47,947 nucleotides of DNA from Catajapyx aquilonaris (Eukaryota), in contig JYFJ02000514.1 of assembly GCA_000934665.2 (NCBI GenBank), positions 124,001 to 171,947 on the forward strand. Reading direction: 5' to 3'. The number at the start of each line of letters is the position of its first letter. Within the stretch, counting starts at the first letter, position 1. Both the position numbers and the translations under genes were made by a program. Shown piece after piece: positions 37,861-47,947 of this stretch. Under the pieces are notes generated by a model. It did not search any database. It had not been told where the DNA came from and saw only the letters and a program-made list of their open reading frames with translations.

Positions 37861-37968
37861 TTCCGTTGGCAACCCTGGATATGTTGGCTGCTCTTGTTCC
37901 GTTGCCCACCCTGGATCTGTTGCCCACCCTGGATCTGTTGGCTGCCCTGGTTCCGTTGCCCACCCTGG
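37861..37968. repeat. 6 x 18-bp tandem repeat upstream of RRP7A
   Basis: ttccgttggcaaccctgg / atatgttggctgctcttg / ttccgttgcccaccctgg / atctgttgcccaccctgg / atctgttggctgccctgg / ttccgttgcccaccctgg. Confidence 0.92.
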
Positions 37969-38023
37969 CCCAAGGAACAGTGAATAGGCCGTAGGTTGGC
38001 TATCCTGCATGGAGGAGACAAAG

Positions 38024-39586
38024 ATGGCGGCGGTCAGGGAGGTGTATGGATTCCAGGGTGAGGTTTTCGGCCCGTGGTTTTGTGCACGGGGCTTATTCGG
38101 GGTCGGTGTTGGGCGGGTTTTGTTCGGCGGGTGATGGGGCGATAGGCCTACGCCACATTTGGGGTGTCGGTTAATAGGCGGTGGCGTGAGGATTGTTCAA
38201 ATGTACGCCACGTGGTCACACATTGGCTTGAAATTACCCGCATTTAACAGTTAATTCATGTCATGAGCATTGTGCTTCAAGCTCAGGTGTTGTGCCACAA
38301 GTCATCTGTTAACAACTGCATTTCCAGTCCTGCGCGTCCGGACTACGGCAGAAAGCAGTGCTTCCCATACCCTCCTGGTGAAGATGGATTCTGGACGCTT
38401 TCATCAACATGCGCATAGGTCTAACGTGAGCAGAAGGCCTCCCGGACACACCCTGTTTGTGGTCAACATTCCGCCTTACTGCAACGAGAAGTACTTGAGA
38501 CGGATTTTCAGTGCATGGGCTCCCGTTAGGCATGTCACCCTGCAGCCCTCCCCTTCGAAGCGGTTACCTAAGCGGATGGGGAAGCTGTTCTCTTCGGGGA
38601 AAGTTGAGAGAGGGTTTTGGGTTGGTTATGTTGCATTCATGAAGCCGAATGGGCCGAGGAAGGCCTTGGCTGGGATCAAGAAGGCAAAGGACATTCCACC
38701 AGTCATGTCCGGGGAGCAGCAGCCACTTGTCGGAATCACAAGTGAGTTCTTTGCTGTAAGCTGAAGCGGAGCCCTAATAACGCAGTGTCTGTCTTTACGC
38801 AGAGTGGTGTAAGGAATACACCGACAGCATTGTTGAGGAAAAGACTCTCCTGGCGGAAGTTGAAGGCTACATGGCTGCTTTCGAAAAGAGGAAGGAGGCT
38901 GAGGAAAAGGAGGAAGAAGGGAAGGGGAAAATGCACGAGGACGAGGATGGTTGGGTCACCGTCACCAGCAAGTGCGTTGACTTAGAATTAGGAATTGTCT
39001 ACTGCTCACAAGTCACAACAATCAAGTTACAACAATGTGATACATACTGTTAGTGATAAAGCATGAGATGATTCTTACCTTGATGTGCTGATTGCTATGT
39101 AAATATTTTTACAACTGCTCTCAAGAAGGAGGATTATTCCTCAATATTATTGCAACTAATAAGTGACTAATGGACCCTACGCACAGTAGAAACTTTTCTA
39201 TCACAGATTTTTCACATACTCTTCTTGCATATATTTTATGTTTATTTAGAGATTTAGACATTAGTATTATACAACTTGATGACAAAGGTAACACACCTTG
39301 GTACTTACAGGGCCAGGAAGCGAGTGATGTCCCGAACAAAGGCAATGGACACAAAGTTAAAGGCAAAGGAGAGGCGGAAGAGGCCCAGGAAAGAGCTCAC
39401 AAACTTCTATCAGTTCCAGATGCGGGAATCAAAGATGAAAGGTTCGTGGTTTTAATTACGCCTGCCTCTACAGTTACTGACTTCTGGCTTACATTTGCAG
39501 AGCTGGCGGACTTGAGGCGCAAATTTGAGGAGGACAAGCGTCGCCTGGCCTTGATGAGGCAAACAAGAAAATTCCGGCCCTTCTAA
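38024..39586 (+). CDS. RRP7A: Ribosomal RNA-processing protein 7 homolog A, 277 aa
   Basis: Exons 38024-38057, 38328-38741, 38803-38971, 39311-39441, 39501-39586 (834 nt, in frame; alternative in-frame ATG at 38009). Motifs TLFVVNIPPYC, DEDGWVTV, KELTNFYQFQMRESK, LRRKFEEDKRRLALMRQTRKFRPF. Confidence 0.95.
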
Positions 39587-39993
39587 TGTAAATTGGCCAA
39601 ATTAAATGGCAATGCTTTTCATTTTGTACATCATTTGACGTTATTATCTATACCAGTAGTCCCTGGTTTACAAACGACCTGACTTACGGCGATCCGTACT
39701 TACAAACAGGCTCCCAAGACTCCCGGGAAGGAAAATTTCTAATTATTTCTCCACTTTAAATCACTTCTGCATATGCTGACCGACACCAAGTTCAACATAA
39801 ATACTGCAAAATTTATAACGCAATGTACAGGTTTCCGATATACTCAGGGTCTGTTACGGACAGGTCTCACTGTATGCTGTACATCAGTAAAAGTGGAGAC
39901 GACCAGATTTTAGAAAATGTGCTATCTGGTAGCTATGCCGACATTTGGGTGAAATGTGGGATATGCTCGTAGAGAGTGGCTTAGAACAATGTA

Positions 39994-40513
39994 CAGTTTA
40001 CTTCGGATATAACAGCCTTGGCTATAACAGACTTTCGGTTGTAACAGACTCAAAAGGCTGGTCTCAGTAAAGGCCCTGTGTATTTTTACTCCTGATAAAA
40101 CAGGCTCATTTGCACCTCACCTTGGGTATAACACACCAGTTTTTTGGCCCGTCGGCGGGAAAATATGTTGTTTTTGATTATTTAACTTTATTTCCCATGC
40201 GCAGGAAGGCGAGAGAATATTGGGCGGGGGTGATTTTCACGTCTGTCACGGATCTAAGGTACTCAAAATCATACTTTTTCTGGTGTATTTGGCAACAAGG
40301 GGACAGCAGAAGAAAATTACGTTTTTTTTGGTTCCTGCGTATGAGCTAATTTTGCATTTTCGTAGATAGTTTCAGTAATGTATGCAGTAGAGGGCATTAT
40401 AAGCATATGAAAAGCAGAAAACTTTGTGCATTGGTTGCAAAAATGGCGATTTGGCTATAACAGACTTTTTCTACGGTCCTTTGCAGTCTGTTATATCCGG
40501 AGTCAACATACTG
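39994..40513. mobile_element. 520-bp pogo/Tigger-like MITE
   Basis: TA|CAGTTTACTTCGGATATAACAG...CTGTTATATCCGGAGTCAACATACTG|TA, with a 4-nt indel in the right TIR and repeated TATAACAG subterminal motifs. Confidence 0.75.
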
Positions 40514-41125
40514 TACTATTTAAGTTGCAAATAATAATTAAGAGAGAAAAAATCCCAAAATTGTCTGCTTACATACCAATACTAATGCAGCCCAGTCGAA
40601 GTCACAATTCTGCAGATAGTGTGGTTCCCAAAGGCTAGCTGCATTCACATGTAAGATAATGATCGCTTACAAGTGCAGGAAAACAAATTGACAAATATTT
40701 AATTACTTATGCGTTGGTGTGAGGCAAGAAACATGTCCCGGTAGTACATGGCTTTTTAAATTTACATGGGAGTAATTTTGAACTTACAGAGAGTACCTGT
40801 TTTAAGCTAGGGATTTGTTCCAGCAGCACAGGAAATTTTTAATAATTCTTAAATTAAAATTTTTTAAAGTTAAATTTTGAAAGTTGCCGTTAATGTGAAG
40901 TGGTGTAAAACAAAGCAGTGTAAAACAGGTAGTACCTGCATTTTAATAGGAAAGCATTTGAGCACTTGCACATCTCTTTCAGTGATTGTTGATGCATCGC
41001 ATGTACGAAAACCAAACAAACTGCATGGCACTGAACGCACTGTGAAAATATATATGAATAGCCATTTTCTAAGAAATTGTTTCAGATTTGTTGTTTACAA
41101 TAATTTTTCAGTGTTTTAACTAGTA

Positions 41126-41287
41126 CAGTGTTGGACATTAATCGAGGAATATTGCTAGCGACATATTCCGAAGTGGCAGATGAAGGAATTGAAGATAAGG
41201 ATAGTGCAAGCCGGGCGAGCAAGATTCCTTCTTCTGCCGCTGTGGAAAATGTCGCTGGCAGTATGCTTCGATTAATGTCCAACACTG
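41126..41287. mobile_element. 162-bp Tc1/mariner-type hairpin MITE
   Basis: TA|CAGTGTTGGACATTAATCGA...TCGATTAATGTCCAACACTG|TA: perfect 20-bp TIR, with imperfect pairing continuing to about 64 bp per arm. Confidence 0.88.
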
Positions 41288-42777
41288 TACTAATAGGCAT
41301 GCAGTAGAGACATCAAAATAATGTTGTGGCACAAGGCTTCCACACCATAAATAATTGTAATCATGATCATAAGATAATGAGGGTTTTAATATGCGTAAAG
41401 TAATTTTTCTCTCCTAATTGACAATCAGTACTTCCCGCAATTTCATTACAAAGTAAGTGCAGCTTATTGCTGAATATGTAATATTGGAACTGATTTTGTA
41501 TGAAGCTCTCTAGCCATATCGTCTTCTCTTTTTCTTTTTCTTTTTTGCTTTTGTTGCATTGTTATCATTTAAAGGTTCTCTGACATCTAACTTGTGTCAA
41601 ATAGTAATTAAGTCTAGTTTCACTGCTGCATGGAAGATTTTTCTGGAATGTGAGTATAAGTGATTTTCATTGTGGTTAACTGCGTACAACAGCAACAGGG
41701 GAAAATCCATTGTTTCCTGTCACATTACAATCATGAAAAATTTGACCTAGTAAATGATATTACAATAATTCCACTTTGACTGTGAAGAGGAATGTCATGT
41801 TCTAGCAACAAAAAATATTTTCTTACTAACTTTCCTGCATCATACATTTAGCTACATCTATGCTCCCTGTACAAACAGATATGTTTTAAACCGAGAGGGA
41901 AGACATTTGATCTCCATTTTTAGGGGGCAGTTGGATGTAAAAATATGGCCTCTAATAAAATCATATGTGCACATAATATTTTACATGCAGTCAGTAGGTA
42001 ATGAAGCAAATGGAAGTGGGTGCATATGTATAGTGGAGTGATGAGTTTCAATTTCAAAAGTACATGCCATTGTGTAACTTACAGTAGGCCTACTGCTAGG
42101 TCGACAAGTGACATCGAATGCAGATGTCCCTTCAGACTTTGACTCCTTGCAACTCCATTCCCATCATGTCCTGTGGAGTCATGCAAGAAGAAGCAACACA
42201 TGAGTAAACAACAACAACAAAATGATGATGATTATGATTAACAAGTTGTGATGGGTTGTGACAATAATTTTATTACTTCCAAACTCATAATGCCAAGACC
42301 ATGCACATTTTGCATTGCATATACTCCCGAGCAGCTAATTACGCAGAGTGACCCAGTGCAATGGGGGCGTCATGTTATAGTATGTGTGTAGAACAAGGAG
42401 GCTTCAGTGCACAGGTGAGGTGGTGGGCAAGCAGCCGAAATCGATTGGGCAGAAATATTGGCCTTGGAGGGGGTATATAGTCGAGGGGGGGTTGAGACAC
42501 ACAACACGACGAGGGGGGCCCATTTATCCATCCCGCACACTCTGAGTGCAGGACATGAGACGACCAGGAGCGAGTGCGGCAGGACCCTTCGAGAATACTC
42601 TTGCGTTTTAGATGCATTGTTGGCGTTGTTGGCGTGTGGAGGCCGGTCCAGGGGAGGTGACCCCTGCTGCTGGCGGGTAGGAGACATCATCACCGTCCTT
42701 CCAACCTGGCCAAGACGAAGGACCAGCCGAGGCAGCAGCAGCAGGGAAGCAGGGGTAGCAGGGATGCACAGCAGCAG

Positions 42778-45262
42778 ATGCAGTCCTCTCGACTGCCCCC
42801 TCTGCAGGGGAGACCCTACAGCACCATCTTCGGAAGCAACAACAACAATGCTGCCGGTGCAACCACCGGAGGACTGTTGCTGGCACCTCCTCCCCCTGAT
42901 TCCTCCAAAGACAGCACGCCCTCCCCTGCCAACAACAGCAGGTCTCCAACGGTGCAGCAGAGGCCAAAGTCCAAGTCTCCGGGGCCCAACCCAGCAGGAC
43001 GGATCTCGACCAACACAGGAAAAGTGTTGTGAGTATGACCACTGCTCAAAGATGCTGTCAAATGACAATACACTCCAAGGGAAATAATCATCCCCCATGA
43101 ATTATTATTAGTGACAACATGACACCCATCCGTTTATTTCTAACTAAAAAAATTCATCAATAAATTGTAGACAGTAGGTCCATAGAGTTGCAGCATTTTG
43201 GCATTTACTTATGAGGGAAACGATCCAATTTCTCTCTCTTGGAGTATATGGACTGTGCATTGCAGCAATTACGGATAGTGAATCGCTCTCTTACCAACAA
43301 TCACTGTCTCTTTTTTTAATTTTTTAATTTTGAATTGGTCGAATGCATTTTCTAACCGGAGCTACGGGCCAGCAACGATGCACGCAAAGAGTGGTCTACC
43401 ATATACTGCAGTATAAACCGAGTTTTATTGCAGCAATTACAATATTCCATTCGGGGGTGGGCATGCAGAGAGAGTGTGCCCTTGACCTTCATCCTGGACG
43501 TGAGCTAACCCATGCGCCTCTCTTGCATCACTCGATGCCTGCTTTCCAGGGGACTTGTCATGTGTATCTAGTGCTTCATTGTTTTTTTAAAATCTAATTT
43601 CCAGCCCGTCCGAATCCGATCCGGATGGTGACCACCTGAGGGACCTGGTCAGCTTCACTCCCAGGGCTTGGGACGGACGCCGCCAGCCGCTGACCTCTGA
43701 CCTCCTGGCCCTTGCCAACTTTTACGAGGGAGTCCGGACCAGGACATTCGGCCACCTGCCCTCTGCCCTGATGGCCCATCATTCCAGCAGCAGCAGGCCA
43801 CCTCCAAGCAGGTTTGTTGCGATTGTTGCTGGGGGGTGAACAATTCGCGGCATATCCATCAGTGGATTTTGGACAGTCGCGAATTGTTTCGCAGAATTGA
43901 GATCGAATATAGGCCCGCCAGATACCTAGAAGTAATTCAGTGGCTTTGTTCCAATCCGTGCATGCGCATCCTCCTTGCTCAATGTTGGCTTCAAAAATTT
44001 AATGACCCTCTCTACCTAGTCACGGTAGCCCATCCATCGAAGTATATGAGGAATATGTGGGCCGCGATTAACCTAGTCTCCTTCCTTCCTGAGAAATCCC
44101 CGTCACGTTTGTCATATAATAACGCATTGATTTTCCTCATTTTTTTTGCGTGTCGCAATAAGGATGGGTCGCCTGTCCCCTGTGACTCCTTCGTCGCTGC
44201 CCAGCAGGCCCAGGAAGCTCCAGCCCCTGGCCACATCCATTCCACAACCAGCACTACTGAAAGGACGCCATTCGACCTTCGGAGCATTCCCGCCGTCGAC
44301 GTCCTTCCCACCAGCCACTCACGGGCTGTACAGACCCGTCAATTACACATCCAACGGTACGTGATGCAGCCTACGACGCGCGGATACAGCATACGACACT
44401 TCCATCGCCTCAGGTGGAGGAGGCGCATTATTTACATGGAATTTGTCCCATTATTTTTTCCCCCCTTGTTATTCCTCTCTGGGCAATCAACCAGGTTCGT
44501 GTCTGGCTTGTATTAAAAGCTTAAGGGCCTATTGATTGCCAACAAACAGGTGCAATAAGTGGTTCTCGCCCATTGTACAGACCGATGGCTATTTCGGAAA
44601 GGGAGAATCCGTCCACGCACATGCATCGTCGTATATACACAGCACACGCCACCGTCCAGCAGATGAAGTTAACCGATGGGATCATGCAATGGACTTGGGC
44701 CATTTACACCTCGATATAAATAATGCAAGGCTCTATGTTGTCCATTATTCAAAGTCGGTTGTTAAAGTGGTGTAATACTCTACGCCTGGCTATTGATTCG
44801 CATATGCACAAAGAGAATATAAGGCCTGGCTTTATAACAACAACAGCTACACACCCAGTGATATGCTATTATTAGGTCATTATTGGAATGATTCGGACAA
44901 TATGCTCGTTTCAGCAGCCTCTTGGGACGATTCGGTTGCGATCGTCGAGAATAAGCAGCGATCGCATCCTCCTCATCATCAGCAGAGACGAAAAATTCTG
45001 CAACGTTCCAGCTCCTTTCCGGAAACGACTTTTCCCGCAGTTTCGTCACTTCCCCTCTCGGCTCCTCCAATCATGACGACCACACGACACGGCCAATCAC
45101 GCCAAGTTAACAAGCAGGTAATTCCTTATCCATCAAATATAGTACACTCGAGCAACTGCCTGAGGAAAGGTTTGCATAAAACATTTTGTGTGTTATTTAC
45201 AGGACCAGCTGACTTCAAAAAGCCGACCGTTCTTATCACCTCTACGAAAAAGTTACAACTGA
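42778..45262 (+). CDS. Hypothetical Pro/Ser/Arg-rich low-complexity protein (about 304 aa; start and 3' exons uncertain)
   Basis: Phase-consistent, stop-free chain 42778-43028, 43605-43811, 44163-44356, 44915-45117, 45203-45262 (915 nt) with pyrimidine-rich acceptors and GT donors. An alternative terminal exon at 44495-44535 also fits. No recognised domain. Confidence 0.55.
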
Positions 45263-47947
45263 CTCAAAGGCATTTTAATAAGGGAAAACCAGAGCTATTA
45301 ATTAATTGTAATTATTTTTTTGTTGACGTGCAGCCCGCATTTTGTAGCCGCCATTGACTAGAGTTAATCGCGCAAATTTGTGTCGTTTCTGAGAGCCAGC
45401 ACATGCAGTATTGTATGTGTCCGGCCTTAATGTGGCATCACATGTTTGGGACCCTCACGTGACGATGTAGAGATAAGCCGGCCCTAACTAAGTGCGTTGC
45501 AATCATACGGATTGATTTCCTGCTGAACCTTGAGTTTCTCTTTTGGCTCGAACCTACTCAGCAAGACCACACACACTATAAACTAATCAATGCCTCGCTC
45601 CTCATAGGACGGCCACTCAATGTGTTTTCCCACAACAGAGAACGCGATCACTCTCTCACTTATAATAATGGCCAGCATTATCTCGTTATTGTCGTCTTAT
45701 TTAAATGTTTGGCGATGGAGTTAATGAACCGAATAATCTTCCAGACGAAAGCATTTGAAATGCAGTGGAGGTCAATAAAGGATGTTACATGTTTCAACAT
45801 TCGGTGTTTTTTTTTGCGCTCCAGGATGACTATCATCTAGAGGTGAGAATTAAAGACCAAATACATGTTTCCAGTGAAAGTTGTCACTCAAGAGTGTCCG
45901 CCTCTTGCTTCTGTTGGCGCAATGAGTTTGGCTTCCGTTCGCCAGATGGGGACTGCTGCCCAACTAAACCTCACCGCCTGGTTCATACATCATTACAACA
46001 ATTCTCGTGTACAAAGCATAGTGTGTCCAGACCGAATCACGATTCTGCCGCAGAAACAACCTAGATGGATGCAAGGTGCTGCAGGGGGAGAAAAAAACAA
46101 GAGAGAAAGAGGCATGAAAAGAAATAGTAAGAAAGGGAAAAATTCGCTGGTTATAATATATGACTACAGCAGGAGGTTGCGCGGCAGCTAAGCCTTGCCT
46201 ACATCCAAACGAATTCGACAAGTTTCTCTCATAGGAAAGAAAGCAATCGCTCAAAACATTTGAAAATGGAAAGGGGGGTGGTAATCAGCCTGCTTCCTGC
46301 TGACAAATCCCCAGACTGTTATTGATAGCAAATTGTACAATATCGGCCACCTATAGAAAGGGGTGTTGCCTTTGGCTTTGGCGTGGCTGTGCCTCCATCT
46401 CCAGCAGACTTCAGAGAGAGGGAGGGAGGAGGAGAAAAAAAAGAAATGTAGTAGTTCTATTAGAATGAATAATAACCTCTATCGAGTCCCTAATTCAAAT
46501 TAGCCCTGGCACATTTGTCAGAGAGTTTCGCCGCCAGTAAACTCGAGGAGGTGCTGCAGCACCAGCAGTGGCAGAAGCATGATTACTGCTTATATTGCAA
46601 CGATTTGTTTGCAAGCTTTGAGGAAAGGGAGGGGGAGGAGGGGGAGAGAGAGGAAAAAAAGGAGGGCATGAGAAGGGGTGGGAGGGGGAAACACTCTTCG
46701 AAAAAAAAAAATATGGCCCCCGGGTTATGTAAGGTTGCTATTCATAAGCCCCGGCAGAGTGTTACGAGCTCCCACAATATTTCAAAGTCCAACTCGGCCA
46801 TTTCCTACCAAGTTTTCTCATTCCATACAGACTAATTCTCTGCTGCATTTTTATTGCTTTTTTTTTTCTTTTTAGCTTTTAGTTTCCTTTTGCAGCGCCC
46901 ACACCCTCCCTCCCCCCTTGTTATTTCTGTTCAAGACGTGTTTGTTTCACTTCTCCTGGGGGAGATGTATTTCTCGCTGATGAAGTTTTGGGGGCGTCTG
47001 AGGTGACCATTGTAATTTGGGCAGGGTTGAGTCACAGAAATAATTCAATATCTAACTATACTTGTCCCCTTTCAACCATTGTACAGTGGGACCCCTGAAC
47101 TCAACTTATGTGACACCCAGCCGACTCTGGGCATCAGCCGAATAAGTGACACTGGGTCGCCAAATGATTTCTTGTGACTTGCTTTTTAATTCTTTTTTTT
47201 CCCCACTGACTGCCGCATTCCACTAGCGTTGTTATGGTGATGTATTTTGCAGCAACGTTCACGCTAACTGGACCGCCGTTTTTTTCCCCTCCCCCACCCT
47301 TCCCAGCCTCCCCATCCCTATACGAAAGAGAAGAGATAATAGGCCTGGATATATATAGGCAAAGCAAGAGCAAAGCAGTTTATTTACCCTCTCCTAACAG
47401 GCAGCAGCAGCATCAAGAAGGGAAAAGAGAGATGAATTTTTGCCACTTAAGCCAATCTTTCCTTTCCGCTCGGCATGCACGCTGCACTTCTTTTTATGTG
47501 AGCGTTCGCAGTTTTGAGGATCTTTATTGGGCTGTGTAGCAGAATAATCCTGAAATATCTGTTATCTCCGAAGGCACGCGGCTTTTATTCTCTCCTGGCT
47601 GCAAAGTAATTCGAGAAAAGCACGTCGTGGACGGTTTTAAAGCCTTTTCCCCTGTTAGAGAGAGAGAGAGGAAGGGGGGATGGAGGGTTGACTCCTTTGG
47701 TTCCGGGAACCCATAAAACCAAGCAGAACAAACTCATCCTGCGATGCATCAGCACCATCACTATACTGCACACACAGAGAGAGGTGTCTCACCGCAAACT
47801 CACTCACTCGACCAGCAGAAAGAGAGCATTTGGATCACACCTTGCAGAGGTTAGTAGTAGCCCACGGCTTATTACGGAGCCTCATGGAAAAATTCCGCAG
47901 TGTCGCCACCGTCTATGCGAGTTTAACATGGGAAAGCGCTACTGCGG

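Noticed and set aside
42370..43098. 242-aa minus-strand ORF
   Set aside because: Splice signals and exon chaining support the + strand; this is likely a GC-rich antisense shadow.
45900..47947. Further exons or a gene at the right end of the window
   Set aside because: Short ORFs are dominated by purine and pyrimidine tracts, and no phase-consistent exon chain was found.

Overview
Eukaryotic, arthropod-like genomic DNA with GT-AG introns, many only 51-90 nt long. Gene models were built by hand from splice sites and checked for phase consistency; all homology calls are from memory of the families, with no database searches run. Left to right: (1) the 3' part of a slit gene (+; 16 exons, LRR domain 2 through the C-terminal cystine knot; 5' end outside the window). 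(2) A convergent 8-exon gene (-) for a predicted secreted 591-aa mosaic protein: signal peptide, heptad coiled coil, two FN3-like modules, fibrinogen-related domain. (3) An intact 10-exon FBXL18-like F-box/LRR gene (-) with a decayed tandem duplicate directly upstream. (4) A small orphan 2-exon gene (+) divergent from that pseudogene. (5) RRP7A (+), preceded by a 6x18-bp repeat. (6) A multi-exon orphan gene (+) for a low-complexity protein. Non-coding DNA carries many short non-autonomous DNA transposons (Mutator-, Chapaev3-, pogo/Tigger-, Tc1- and CACTA-like) and a probable solo LTR. The most interesting candidate is the tenascin-like coiled-coil/FN3/FReD protein. No CRISPR array, rRNA or tRNA gene was recognised.
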